Part shown: one piece after another, positions 52,016 through 64,000 of the stretch
Layout: the number at the start of each line of letters is the position of its first letter
How positions within the stretch are numbered: position 1 is the first letter of the stretch
Assembly (NCBI GenBank): GCA_963719315.1
Contig: CAVRBU010000020.1
Span: forward strand, 32,001 to 96,000
DNA from: an uncultured Planctomycetota bacterium
Lineage (GTDB): Bacteria > Planctomycetota > Planctomycetia > Pirellulales > Lacipirellulaceae
Direction of reading: 5' to 3'
Length of the DNA stretch: 64,000 nt
Position numbers and translations under genes: made by a program
The notes under the pieces: model-generated
What the model saw: only the letters and a program-made list of their open reading frames with translations
Databases searched by the model: none
What the model was told of the DNA's origin: nothing

Positions 52016-52778
52016 ATGCATATCCTGCTCACCAATGACGACGGTATCTACGCGCCCGGCCTCGCGGCAATGGAGCGCGCGCTTGAGCGTTTGGGCAAAG
52101 TAAGCGTCGTGGCACCGGCCGTCGAGCAAAGCGGCGTGGGGCATTCGATCACCTTCCTGAGCCCGCTGATGGCGAAGGAAGTATTCGACGGCGAGCGGCG
52201 GCGCGGCTGGGCCGTCGAGGGCAGCCCGGCCGATTGCGTGAAGCTCGCGATCGCGGAGTTTTGCCCGCAGCCGGATATCCTGGTGAGCGGCATCAACGGC
52301 GGCCTGAACCTTGGAATCAACGTACTGTACTCCGGCACGGTGGCCGGGGCGACCGAGGGGGCCGTGTTCGGTATCAAGAGCTTCGCTGTGTCGCTAGAGT
52401 ACGACGAGCACGCGAAGTTCGAAGCGGCGGCGGAAATAGCCGTGCGGCTGATCGAGCAGATTCTGGCCCTTCGCGACTCGGGCGAGCACCCGTTGTACAA
52501 TATCAATATTCCGACGGAGGCGTTGGAGCGGGCGACCGAGGTCCGCGTCGTGCCGATGGCAACGGTCGGCTGGCCGGCCGAGTTCGACCGCCGCGAAGAC
52601 CCGAAAGGCCGGCCGTACTACTGGGCAATGGGTATTCCGGCAGTTCCGGCGGCCGGCGAAATGACAGACCTCGAAGCGTGGCAAAAAGGCTTCGTGACGC
52701 TTACGCCATTGAGAATCGACCGCACCGAGCGCGAGATGTTGTGCGCAGATGCGCGATTGGAAACTGGATCTGAAATAA
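52016..52778 (+). CDS. surE: 5'/3'-nucleotidase SurE; probable frameshift near 52742 (uncorrected ORF ends 52846)
   Basis: LLTNDDG, EQSG, GSPADCV, SGINGG.N, YSGT. Confidence 0.92.
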
Positions 52779-52936
52779 GACTCATGCAAAGGCGCGATGG
52801 CGCAAAGATGAACGCGAATCTGGCTCGATCGAATAAGGGTCGGTAATCAGCTCCCATTAGCAGTTAAATGTAATTCCAGTTCTTTGCGCCTTTGCGTGAG
52901 TCCATTCTGCTCAATATTGAAAATGGAGCACAGGCA

Positions 52937-53485
52937 ATGCTTACTTACAAACAATTCGTTGGCTGCGGACTGATGATTGCGTTATCCATTGGATGGATGG
53001 GCTGCGGGTCATCGAGTAGTAGTGGCGGCAGCGCCGGTGGCGGAACGAGTATGGATGCGATGGCGAGGCAAATTGATGCGCAGAATGCTGCCCGCAAGCA
53101 GCAGGAGACGGCTGCAGCGACAAAGGCGACTGCCGATCAAAACGCGGTGGCGGCACAGCCACCAGCGGAGCCTGAGAGGAAGGCCGTCGGGAGGAGAGCA
53201 GCCGTTGCCGGCGGCGGGTATTATGGTGCGATTATGGGTGCGCGGCGGCACGTCATGAATGTTGTCGATAATCTATCTTGGATCCAAGGCGTGCGCAGTT
53301 TTAAGGCGGAGGAAGGCCGGAAACCGAAGGACAATGACGAATTCATGAACGTCGTAGTAAAAAAGTATGAGCTCCAATTGCCGCGGATCGAAGAGGACGA
53401 GGAATACGTCTACGATCCGAATGGGGAATCAGATGGCGATTTTGGTCAGTTGTATGTGGTGAAGAAAGAGCCCGCAAAACAGTGA
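52937..53485 (+). CDS. Hypothetical lipoprotein
   Basis: GGAG RBS; WMGC lipobox followed by a Ser/Gly linker. Confidence 0.7.
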   Translation: MLTYKQFVGCGLMIALSIGWMGCGSSSSSGGSAGGGTSMDAMARQIDAQNAARKQQETAAATKATADQNAVAAQPPAEPERKAVGRRAAVAGGGYYGAIMGARRHVMNVVDNLSWIQGVRSFKAEEGRKPKDNDEFMNVVVKKYELQLPRIEEDEEYVYDPNGESDGDFGQLYVVKKEPAKQ

Positions 53486-53712
53486 CGGGGGCGGGGGCGG
53501 GGGGCGGCATAATCGATATAGGCGATGTGGGCGGCGTTTGTTGGGCGAGATTCGGCGTTGCCGCCGACGCTAAAGTCGTTAAAGGGGGCGGGTGTTGCGA
53601 AGTCGCAACATCGCTTGCGTGGGTGCGCTTCGAATTAAAATGGGAGTTGTCAGGCAAGGACGCCGGGCCGACCTTCATCCAGTCGATTCGTCTCCTCGTC
53701 AGGTTCATCCCA

Positions 53713-54336
53713 ATGAACGCTCTCTCCCACGTTGGCTTGTTTATATTGGCGATCAGTTTCGCGTCGGTCGCCGCTGCGAGTGAAGCTCCGTGCTCAACGT
53801 GTCCGCAACCGGTGTGTTATCAACGCACGTGCGTGGCCGAAGATACGCGGCCGAGCTGGATTTTTAACCGCAGCACGTACACGCACGATCCGGTCACCGG
53901 CGTGCGAGTCGCCCAATACATGCGCACGCCGCCGGTCGAGCCGCTGGAAGATGAGCGGAACGTGACGAGCCGATATCGCCGCATTCAGACGAATCTGCGT
54001 GGCACCGGTGGTTCGAACGATACGACTTACGATGTGCAGGCTTGGGGCAACGGTCGCGGCGGGCTCGATGCCGAGTGGGAACGCTTTCACGATGCCTGGA
54101 AGGAATCCTATCTGCAAAACGGTTATTACAATCAATCGCCCGGATTTAACGGCAGCGGCAATTGGAACGGACCGTGGAACAACGGCAACGGATTCCCTGG
54201 GAACGGTTGGAGCGGGCCGGGAAACTGGGGCCAAGGGAATTGGGGGCCCGGTAACAACTGGGGGCCCGGCAATGGTGGAGGCAACTGGGGACCACACGGT
54301 CCTTGGCAGAATGGCGGCGGCCCCGGACCGCATTAA
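53713..54336 (+). CDS. Secreted protein with Gly/Asn/Trp low-complexity tail
   Basis: Signal peptide; GNWGPG-type repeats. Confidence 0.72.
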   Translation: MNALSHVGLFILAISFASVAAASEAPCSTCPQPVCYQRTCVAEDTRPSWIFNRSTYTHDPVTGVRVAQYMRTPPVEPLEDERNVTSRYRRIQTNLRGTGGSNDTTYDVQAWGNGRGGLDAEWERFHDAWKESYLQNGYYNQSPGFNGSGNWNGPWNNGNGFPGNGWSGPGNWGQGNWGPGNNWGPGNGGGNWGPHGPWQNGGGPGPH

Positions 54337-54354
54337 CAGCGTCTAACAAATTGA

Positions 54355-54434
54355 ACCGCCAAGTCGCCAAGGACGCCAAGAAAGGCGGAAAGCAGCATCG
54401 TATTCTCTTGGCGACCTTGGCGTTCTTGGCGGTT
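54355..54434. repeat. Inverted 9-mer tandem repeat hairpin between convergent genes
   Basis: CGCCAAG x3 ... CTTGGCG x3. Confidence 0.7.
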
Positions 54435-54453
54435 TGATTCTTCTTGATAGGCT

Positions 54454-55023
54454 TTATGGCGTTGGTGTCGCGCCGCTGTTCTTCGGTCGCCCGACGGCGT
54501 TGTTCCAATCCTTCAGCGAAGTGTAGCTTTCGAGCAACCAGCGGTCGCCGCGTCGGACCCAATGCAGCGTGAGGCGGTCGTCCGCGCCGCCTTTCATGCC
54601 ATCCTGCTTGTTGACCGCCACCATGATGCCCCGGCATTTAACCGTGGCCGCATCCCCGCTCGGATTCATGTCGGTTTGCGGCGCTCCGATGATCCGCGCC
54701 CGCTCAATTCTCACCAGTGGCATCAGTGTCTCGACATCCTTCCGTAACGCGGCATTCGCCGAAGGGGCTAGGTAACTGAGCGCGCCCGCAACATCGTTCG
54801 CTTCGACGGTGGCCGCTAAACTGTAGAGCGTCCGTTCGACCGCTTCGCGCGGCGTTTCGATGAGCCAATTGATGAGCAGCAATCCGGCGACGACGGCGAT
54901 GACGCCTAGAACGCCAAATAGCGCGCCGTTCGTCCGCGTTTGAAAGTACACGATGAGCGCCATCGTCAGCACAACCGCGCCGCCCATCCAGATCGGAAGC
55001 GCATTCTCAGCGAGCCAGTTCAT
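54454..55023 (-). CDS. Membrane-anchored NTF2/SnoaL-like hypothetical protein
   Basis: Two TM helices, ETPREAVE, W.R.GDRW. Confidence 0.65.
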   Translation of the reverse strand: MNWLAENALPIWMGGAVVLTMALIVYFQTRTNGALFGVLGVIAVVAGLLLINWLIETPREAVERTLYSLAATVEANDVAGALSYLAPSANAALRKDVETLMPLVRIERARIIGAPQTDMNPSGDAATVKCRGIMVAVNKQDGMKGGADDRLTLHWVRRGDRWLLESYTSLKDWNNAVGRPKNSGATPTP

Positions 55024-55045
55024 GGCAACACGCTTTCCTTTTCAT

Positions 55046-55111
55046 GTAGCGGAATTCGCAAGAATTCCGACGCCTGCCGGTTTTCGTCTGAAGTCTTGTG
55101 ACTTCAGCTAC
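55046..55111. repeat. REP doublet, family C
   Basis: GTAGCGGAATTCGCAAGAATTCC...GAAGTCTTGTGACTTCAGCTAC. Confidence 0.8.
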
Positions 55112-55490
55112 TTTTAGTGGTCGGACGTCTCCGACCGCGGTACGACATCGTGGCCGCCATCATGGAGACGAGTCCAAGCAGTACGGCGAGCGGCCAAATT
55201 GGGATCAGATCGTCGCCCGGCGTCGCGAACGGACGGCGGGCATCTAAACTATCTAATCGCGCGGCGCCTTCCAGATTATTCTCGGCGGTGAGTTTTTCCG
55301 CCACCCGCTCCCGGGCCTGATACTGTCGCTCGATATTCGCCTGCCGCCGACCATATTTGCCGCCGATCGCGGCCAGGGCCAACAGTCCCGTCAGCGAAAA
55401 CGCGAGAACCCAGAACCAAGGAGAGTCGGTGAGCGGGGATTTCGGATTGGGGATTTCGGAGTTCGGATTTTCGGAGGGTGAATCGCTCAT
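55104..55490 (-). CDS. Hypothetical membrane protein
   Basis: DSPWFW, two hydrophobic segments. Confidence 0.65.
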   Translation of the reverse strand: MSDSPSENPNSEIPNPKSPLTDSPWFWVLAFSLTGLLALAAIGGKYGRRQANIERQYQARERVAEKLTAENNLEGAARLDSLDARRPFATPGDDLIPIWPLAVLLGLVSMMAATMSYRGRRRPTTKSS

Positions 55491-55589
55491 GCTACTCTTT
55501 GTGGCACCAACTTTCCGGATCGTGTAACCAATTCCGCTGGTTGCATCGCCCAAATCCGCAATCCGAATTCCGCAATCCGAAATCGGAAC

Positions 55590-56924
<1,335 letters not shown>

Positions 56925-57024
56925 TTAGGGTTCTTGGGCCGCTTGTCGAGCGGGAGTTCAGTGGTCGAGCAAGGTCTCGATTGGTAGAGTTAACGGAGCA
57001 AACGGCGTACATGGATCGCTGACG

Positions 57025-57858
57025 ATGATTGCCCGCATACAAACCTGGTGGACGATACTTCGGATCTGCATCGAAGAGCGGCTCGTTTACCGAGGCGACT
57101 TCTGGCTGGGCACGCTGATGCGGTTCCTGCCGATCGTGACGCAGACGTTTTTCTTCGGGGCCGTGTTCGCGGGGATGAAAGCAACGCAACCCGCGGGCGC
57201 GGACCACATCCGCGGTTACAGCTTCGATAATTTCGTGGCGTACTACCTGCTCGTCACGATCAGCCGGGCGTTTTCCAGCATGCCAGGCCTGGCGGGCGGT
57301 ATCGCGCTGCAGATTCGCAACGGTGAAATCAAAAAGTACCTCGTGCAGCCGGTCGATCTGATCGGATTTCTGCTGCTTATGCGCATCGCGCACAAGCTAG
57401 TATATTACGGGATTGCGCTGGCCCCATTTGCGCTCGTATTCTATCTGTGCCGCGGTTACTTCCCGGGCTGGCCGCCAGCCGAAGTGATGGTGGCTTATAT
57501 CGCGTCGCTAATACTTTCATTCTTGTTAGGGTTCTTCTTGGAAGCGACGATCGGCATGGCGGGGTTCTGGTTTTTGGAAATCAGTTCGTTACTCTTTGTG
57601 TACATGTTGTTTACGTTCTTCTTCTCGGGGCACATGTTTCCGGTCAACATGTTGCCGAATCCGTGGAGCACGATCGTGCAAGTGATTCCATTGCAATATC
57701 TGGCTTTCTTTCCTGCGGCCGTGTTCTTGCAAAAGATTCAGGGACACGATTTGTGGGTGGGGCTTGCCGTGCAAGCGGCCTGGGTGCTGTTCTTCATCAT
57801 CACGAGCCGTGTGACGTTTTGGCGCGGCGTGAAGCGATATAGTGGATTCGGAGGTTAA
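57025..57858 (+). CDS. ABC-2 family permease (DUF990-like)
   Basis: YRGDF, IRNGEI..YL.QP, FSGHMFP, about six TM helices. Confidence 0.85.
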   Translation: MIARIQTWWTILRICIEERLVYRGDFWLGTLMRFLPIVTQTFFFGAVFAGMKATQPAGADHIRGYSFDNFVAYYLLVTISRAFSSMPGLAGGIALQIRNGEIKKYLVQPVDLIGFLLLMRIAHKLVYYGIALAPFALVFYLCRGYFPGWPPAEVMVAYIASLILSFLLGFFLEATIGMAGFWFLEISSLLFVYMLFTFFFSGHMFPVNMLPNPWSTIVQVIPLQYLAFFPAAVFLQKIQGHDLWVGLAVQAAWVLFFIITSRVTFWRGVKRYSGFGG

Positions 57859-58022
57859 TTCGGCAGATTCCGGCTCTCAACATCAGAATTGCAACGCGGA
57901 TTGTATTAAGGAGGAACACTAATCTTCACTTATTCTCGCTAATCCGAATTAGCGTTGCTTGGTGAAGATTGGAGTTCCTCTGCTGCCTTGTTTGGTTTTT
58001 TAATCGTCGGATCTGAAGATTC

Positions 58023-58865
58023 ATGTCGTCGCGCCCATCATACTTCCGCGTGTTCCTGACCTTCGTCCGCAACAGTCTCGTGCGGGACATGATGTTTCCG
58101 GCCAATTTCATCATCGAAACGATTTCATCGTTCGGTTGGGTGATGATGAACGTGGGCTTTTATTTGCTCATCTTCAACTACACGTCGCAGATTGGCGCGG
58201 GCGGCGTCGAAGGCGGCGCGTGGGATAAATACCAGTTCTTCGTATTCATTGCGACGAGTATGTTCATCAACAGCGTCGTGCAGATGTTCTTCATGACGAA
58301 TGCCGACGAGTTCAGCGAGCTCATCCGCACCGGCGGCTTGGATTTCGCCCTCTTGAAGCCGATCGATACACAGTTCTTGATCTCACTGCGAAAGGTGGAG
58401 TGGGCGTCTCTCGCGAATTTCATGGTGGCGGCCGTGCTGATGGCGTACGCGCTCCCGCGCGTGGAGGGCTTTCATCTTACTGTGTGGCAGGTGCTCTTGT
58501 ACCCCGTGTATGTGCTCGCGGGCATCGGCATCATGTATAGCTTGACGATCGTGCTCGCGGCGGCCAGCGTGTGGCTTGGTCGCAATACCTCGATTTACGA
58601 TTTCTGGTTCTACATCACCACGTTTTCGCGTTACCCGATGGAGATCTATCGGGGTCCCATCGGCGGCTGGTTGCGCTGGGGCTTCACCTTCGTGCTGCCC
58701 ATACTGATCGTCGTGAACGTGCCGGCTCGGATGCTGGCCAAGCCGCTGCGGCCGGAGTACGCTTATCTGGCACTGTTCGCGATTGCCGCCACGGCGGCAA
58801 GCCTGGCCGCCAGCCGCTGGGTATTCAAGCGGGCGCTGCTGAGCTACCGCAGCGCGAGCAGTTGA
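58023..58865 (+). CDS. ABC-2 family permease (DUF990-like)
   Basis: IRTGGLDFALLKPID, RYPMEIY, SYRSASS. Confidence 0.88.
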   Translation: MSSRPSYFRVFLTFVRNSLVRDMMFPANFIIETISSFGWVMMNVGFYLLIFNYTSQIGAGGVEGGAWDKYQFFVFIATSMFINSVVQMFFMTNADEFSELIRTGGLDFALLKPIDTQFLISLRKVEWASLANFMVAAVLMAYALPRVEGFHLTVWQVLLYPVYVLAGIGIMYSLTIVLAAASVWLGRNTSIYDFWFYITTFSRYPMEIYRGPIGGWLRWGFTFVLPILIVVNVPARMLAKPLRPEYAYLALFAIAATAASLAASRWVFKRALLSYRSASS

Positions 58866-59017
58866 CGTGACCGCAAGTAATTCACAACAAAGGCACGAAG
58901 GGCACGAAGGTGGAATGACCAATGACCAAATTCCAATGACCAAGCATCGAAGGGCGAAATTGGTCATCGGTCATTGGCGCCTCGTGCTTTGTTATTCGCA
59001 CCACGTATTGGGTCCCA

Positions 59018-61199
59018 ATGATGAGTAACACACGATCTTGGTTTTTCACGCTGATTGCAGCACTCCTAATTCCCGTTGGTGTGGCCGACACGCGCGCCGC
59101 GACGAACTCCGACCATCATACGAATCCGGCCATGAAATACCCCCCAACGCGCCGCGTCGATCAAGTCGATGAATTCTTTGGCACAAAAGTGCCCGATCCC
59201 TATCGCTGGTTGGAAGCCGATGTGCGTGAGTCGGACGAGGTGGCCACTTGGGTGAAGGAGCAAAACAAAGTTGCGCGGGCGTATCTCGACGCGATCCCTC
59301 AACGAGCCGGTATCGCCAAGCGGCTATCCGAACTTTGGAACTATGAGCGCTACTCCGCGCCGCGTGAAAAGGGCGGCAAGTATTTCTACTCGAAGAACGA
59401 CGGCTTGCAGAACCAGGCGGTGCTATACGTGGCCGATTCTTACAAGGCCGAGGGCCGCGTGCTGATCGACCCCAATACGTGGTCGAAGGACGGCACGATC
59501 GCCCTCTCCGGCATGAATGTCACCGAGGATGGCCGCTACGTCGCCTACTCGCGAACCGAGGCCGGCAGCGACTGGCAGACCATCTATGTCATGGAAGTCG
59601 ACAGCGGAAAACAACTCGACGACCAAATCAAATGGTCGAAGTTTGGCGGCGTCGACTGGTTGAAGGATGGCAGCGGTTTCTATTACACCCGCTATCCGGA
59701 ACCGAAAGAAGGCGAGAAGTTCCAGGCCTCGGCTCTGAACCAAATGATCTACTTCCACAAGCTAGGCACCAAGCAGGGCGAAGACAAACTTGTGTACCGC
59801 CGGCCGGATCACCCTGATTGGCATTTCGGCTTCGGTGTCACGGATGATGGCAAGTACCTGATCTTGGATATTGCCCGCAGCACCGATCCGCAAAATCAAG
59901 TGCTTGTGCGCGAGGCAGCCGCCCCGGTCGACGCGCCGTTCAAGGAGCTGATCGGCGACTTCGACAACCAGTTCTCATTTGTCGGCAACGTGGGGACGAA
60001 GTTCTACTTTCTCACCGATCTCGCGGCGCCGACCAAGCGGATCGTGACGATGGACATCAATCAGCCAGGCCGCGAACATCTTACCGAGATCGTGCCGGCC
60101 CGCAAGGAAACGCTCGACGGAGTCAGCATTTTGAGTGACCACATCCTTTGCCAATACATGGTCGATGTGCTTAGCGAGGCCGAGGCGTTCGACATGGGGG
60201 GCAAACCGCTCGGCAGGATCGAGTTGCCGGGGAAGGGGACCGTCGAAGGTTTTGGGGGCGATCAGGACAAGTCGGAAACGTTTTACATCTACACGAGCTA
60301 CAACCTGCCGGCGAGTGTCTACCGCTACGATGTGCTCGCGAACGAATCGGAACTGGTGCGCGCAGCCGAAGGTGAAGTTCGATCCGGCGAAGTTCATCGT
60401 CGAACAGGTCTTCTACAAAAGCAAAGACGGCACGCGGGTGCCGATGATTCTCACTTACCGCAAAGACTTGAAGCAGGGTCCGCATCCCACACTGCTTTAC
60501 GGCTACGGCGGTTACAACATCCCGATTACGCCGGCGTTCAAGCCCGACTACATCGCTTGGATGGAAATGGGCGGCGTCCTGGCCGTCGCCAATATGCGGG
60601 GCGGAGGCGAATACGGCGAGGAGTGGCACCTCGCCGGCAAAGCGCACAAGAAGCAAAATGTGTTCGACGACTTTATTGGCGCTGCCGAATGGCTGATCGC
60701 CGAAGGCCGCACGTCGCGCGACAAACTTGCCATCATGGGCGGCAGCAACGGCGGACTGCTGGTGGGGGCCGTTATGGTCCAGCGGCCCGACCTGTTCGGC
60801 GCCTGCATCCCAATGGTCGGCGTGCTCGATATGCTGCGTTTTCAGAAGTTCACCGCGGGCCAATTCTGGCGCGACGAATATGGCTACGCCGAAAAGCCGG
60901 ACGATTTCCGCACGCTGTTTGCCTACTCGCCCTACCACAACATCAAACAGGGAACGAAGTATCCGCCCACGCTGATCATGACGGCCGACACCGACGATCG
61001 CGTGGTACCGATGCACAGCTTCAAGTTCGCTGCTGCCCTGCAACGGGCACAAGCCGGCGATGCGCCCATTCTACTGCGGATCGAATCCAAAGCGGGCCAC
61101 GGCCACGGCACGCCGGTAACAAAGCTGATCGAGAACGCGGCCGACCGCTGGGCGTTTTTGGTGAAAGAGTTGCGGATGGAGGTTCCCGTCAGCGATTAG
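59018..61199 (+). CDS. Prolyl oligopeptidase (S9A), frameshift near 60358
   Basis: DPYRWLE, YGYGGY, GGSNGG, DDRV, AGHG. Confidence 0.92.
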
Positions 61200-61314
61200 T
61201 GCTTTTTCATAATTGAAAGTAGCGGGTGCCTGGGGCCAAGCCAACGGCGAGCCTCCAGTGAAGCTGAGAAAGCAATCCGTTCCAATCCTGCCACCTGCCG
61301 CCGCAATTGCGAGA

Positions 61315-61557
61315 TTACTTCCGCTTGCTTGAGCCGTTGCGTTTTAGCTTCAGTTCAATGTCAGTTACAAGTAACAGATCGATGATATTCATCGAGTCAT
61401 CGGGTTGCAGGACGATGAGTATCCTTCCGCTCGGAGCCGCCATAATGAAATCCCGATGATGAACGGGAATTGCACGACCATCGGCCAAATGGATTGAGAA
61501 CGGGCGGAACGGCTGAGCGTCGAATAGCTCTTTCACTTTTTCGACTGAAATCGTCAT
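61315..61557 (-). CDS. Small hypothetical protein (80 aa)
   Basis: AGGAG RBS; QPFRPFSIHLADGRAIPVHH. Confidence 0.75.
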   Translation of the reverse strand: MTISVEKVKELFDAQPFRPFSIHLADGRAIPVHHRDFIMAAPSGRILIVLQPDDSMNIIDLLLVTDIELKLKRNGSSKRK

Positions 61558-61603
61558 GCTCCTACGAGTCTTTGACGCAAGTATACCATTGCGAGGAACG
61601 CAA

Positions 61604-62542
61604 TTACACTTTCGCGACCACGCCGCGCAGCTCGCGCGGCAGCTGGAACGACACGCTCTCCTGACGAATCGATCGAGGCTCGATCGTAGCCGCAAAACGA
61701 TCGCGGAGCCATTCGAGGCAATCTTCGACGACCTGCTCCGGCGCGCTCGCGCCGGCGGTGACGAGGACGGTTTTCACGCCGTCGAACCACGACTGCTGCA
61801 GGTCGGCCGGGCCGTCGATGAGATGTGCCGGCACGCCGCGCTCCCGGGCGAGTTCCGCCAGCCGTTGGCTGTTCGAGCTGTTTTGGCTGCCGAGGACAAT
61901 CGCCAAATCAACCTCGTCGGCCAACACGGAGACGGCCTCTTGCCGATTCTGCGTGGCGTAACAGATGTCGTCTTTCGGCGGGGCCGTGATATGCGGGAAC
62001 CGCTCCTTCAGCCGGTCGATAATTCGGTTGGCGTCATCGACGCTGAGCGTCGTTTGCGTGAGGTAAGCGACCTTTCGTTCGTCTGCCACTTGCAGCGTCG
62101 CCACGCCCTCCGGTGATTCGACGAGTAAGATCGCTTCGGGCGCCTCGCCCATGGTGCCGATCACTTCGTCGTGCCCTTCGTGGCCGATGAGCAGAATCGT
62201 GTATCCGGCGTTGGCGTATTTGACGGCCTCCAGGTGCACCTTCGTGACCAGCGGACATGTCGCGTCGATCGCCCGCAAATTGCGTTCGCGGGCTATCCGG
62301 CGAACTTCGGGCGACACGCCATGAGCCGAGAATAGCAGCGTGGAGCCGACCGGCACGTCGGCCAACTCATCGACGAATGTCACGCCACGGCCGCGGAAAT
62401 GCTCGACCACGTACTTATTGTGGACGATCTCGTGGTACACGTAAATCGGAGGCTCAAGCGTCGCCAGCGCCAACTCGAGCGACTCGATGGCCATGTTGAC
62501 GCCCGCACAAAAACCACGCGGGCTGGCTAATAGAACCTTCAT
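61604..62542 (-). CDS. ispH: 4-hydroxy-3-methylbut-2-enyl diphosphate reductase
   Basis: PRGFCAGV, DATCPLV, ICYATQNRQ, NSSNS. Confidence 0.97.
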   Translation of the reverse strand: MKVLLASPRGFCAGVNMAIESLELALATLEPPIYVYHEIVHNKYVVEHFRGRGVTFVDELADVPVGSTLLFSAHGVSPEVRRIARERNLRAIDATCPLVTKVHLEAVKYANAGYTILLIGHEGHDEVIGTMGEAPEAILLVESPEGVATLQVADERKVAYLTQTTLSVDDANRIIDRLKERFPHITAPPKDDICYATQNRQEAVSVLADEVDLAIVLGSQNSSNSQRLAELARERGVPAHLIDGPADLQQSWFDGVKTVLVTAGASAPEQVVEDCLEWLRDRFAATIEPRSIRQESVSFQLPRELRGVVAKV

Positions 62543-62684
62543 GCCCCCATGATAGACGGAAGCGATTAATGAGGACAGATGACCGGCCCGCTTCGTCGGA
62601 GCGGCGCGAAAGCTTCTCCGAGGCCGCTGGCGTATTACAATAATGCACGAAATCGGCGTCAGAGGCGCCTTTCACACGATTTAC

Positions 62685-62900
62685 TTACTTCGGCCGGCGC
62701 TTTTTCTTGAAGCGTTTCTGGCGCGTTTCAAGCGTCACCAACGGTCGCTGAGACGGATACTGGGCTTCCAATTCTTTAAGCGACTCGTGAATCGTGCGAC
62801 ACAGTTCGAGATAAGGCCTTACGCCGAATGAAATCGGCGGCAGCCAGGGGCTATCCACCCCGGCTATGAGTGCGTTAGCGGCTGGCGGCAACGGATGCAT
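62685..62900 (-). CDS. Small hypothetical protein with basic tail
   Basis: GAGGAG RBS; 71 aa. Confidence 0.55.
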   Translation of the reverse strand: MHPLPPAANALIAGVDSPWLPPISFGVRPYLELCRTIHESLKELEAQYPSQRPLVTLETRQKRFKKKRRPK

Positions 62901-63087
62901 CGCGGTCTCCTCTCTGTGACCCAAACCGCAAGGCGGTGTACAGGCGGCCGGTTCCTGCGAATCCCGGCAACCTGATGGTTTGAATCTATTACGCAAGACA
63001 TGCTGGCACAGTTCGCGGTTCGCGCCAGTGCCGCCGGGGGCGAGGTCGGAGTGCCAAGAATTGGGTGGTATACCACCCGGAGCCTCG

Positions 63088-64000
63088 CTACTTCTTGGCC
63101 GAAGTCGCATCCCCCGGCTTTGCCTTGCGATCGGCCTTCGCATCGCGTTTCGGCACCTGTTCCGGTCGTCCGCGTTTCAGGAATTTCGCAAGCCGTTCGG
63201 TCCCCGCGACGAACTCTTCTTTCGAGAGCTTGCTGTCGCCGTCGCGGTCGGCAATGCGGATGAGCCGTCGGATTGGCTCCTGCAGCGGATCGGGCACTTC
63301 TTTCGGGTCGAGCTTGCCGTCGGCGTTTTCATCGAGCTGGGCGAAGAGCTGGCGGGCCTGCTTGGGGTCGCGAATATCGGCCAACGGTTTTGGCTGCTGC
63401 TCGAAGCGGTCGAAGGCATCCCCCTCCGACTTTTTCAATTTTGCCAGCTCGGCATCGACATCGATGCCAAGCCGGGCAACATATCGCCCGGCGACGGCCG
63501 CCATCGCTGGACCGCCTCGGCTCAGTTCCTGGCGATCCAGGGCGCCGTTGCCGTTCCTATCCATCCGCTCGATCATGTTCTCGACGGCGCCTTTTAATTC
63601 GCGAGGCACTTCGTCTTTTTCAATTCGCGCGTTGCGATTCTTATCCATCGTCAACAGCAAGTAGCGAACGGCGTTAGCCTGCGGAACTGTCGAGGGCTCC
63701 TTGGCCTCCAGCGGCTTTGGCGGCCGTGTTGGCACCAGCGCGGCGACGAACTCCTGACGCGACAACACCTGATCGTGGTTCGAGTCGCCCCGGCGGAGCA
63801 GTCGATCGAAGAGCGGGCGATATTCCGCGGCAACCTCGTCGGCCTCGATCGATCCGTTGTGGTCCGCGTCGAGCCGGTCGAACAGAGCGGCGTCGCCCGC
63901 CGACATCGGTTTGCTCGCGGTCGTCGCCGCCGGGGCAATTGGCTGCATTGCGATTAGTACGATGGCAGGGCCAAGCGGACCAATCAGCTTCCTCGAATTT
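63088..64000 (-). CDS. EF-hand domain protein, start probably outside window
   Basis: DADHNGSIEADE, DKNRNARIEKDE, DRNGNGALDRQE, DRDGDSKLSKEE. Confidence 0.85.
   Translation of the reverse strand, partial: NSRKLIGPLGPAIVLIAMQPIAPAATTASKPMSAGDAALFDRLDADHNGSIEADEVAAEYRPLFDRLLRRGDSNHDQVLSRQEFVAALVPTRPPKPLEAKEPSTVPQANAVRYLLLTMDKNRNARIEKDEVPRELKGAVENMIERMDRNGNGALDRQELSRGGPAMAAVAGRYVARLGIDVDAELAKLKKSEGDAFDRFEQQPKPLADIRDPKQARQLFAQLDENADGKLDPKEVPDPLQEPIRRLIRIADRDGDSKLSKEEFVAGTERLAKFLKRGRPEQVPKRDAKADRKAKPGDATSAKK

Overview
High-GC bacterial chromosomal window, most likely from a planctomycete (Pirellulales-like). Support: a BBP7-type outer-membrane barrel, waaA, a 1239-aa SecA and several small planctomycete-style proteins. 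It is mostly housekeeping genes (fabZ-like, trmB, rpsR, waaA, secA, prc, proC, efpL, ettA, guaA, surE, eno, ispH). Accessory modules are a type II restriction-modification pair at the left edge, a terpene-cyclase-like/polyprenyl synthase/flavin halogenase/glycosyltransferase run, two HigBA toxin-antitoxin pairs and an HNH cassette. The best candidate for an undescribed system is a minimal type VII-like operon (21733-27244) in an LPS diderm. It has three helical WXG100-like genes and a 1405-aa membrane FtsK/EccC-like ATPase, followed by a variable region containing a diverged duplicate of the ATPase 3' end. Other notable items: an unannotated bL37-like ribosomal peptide, two apparent pseudo-enzymes (a cyclase lacking DxDD, a SelA lacking the PLP lysine), and many GTAG-REP, MITE-like and heptamer repeats, some translated in frame inside genes. 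About 11 frameshifts in otherwise intact genes are most likely assembly indels. No rRNA, tRNA or CRISPR array was seen. All calls come from reading motifs by eye; no database searches were run.
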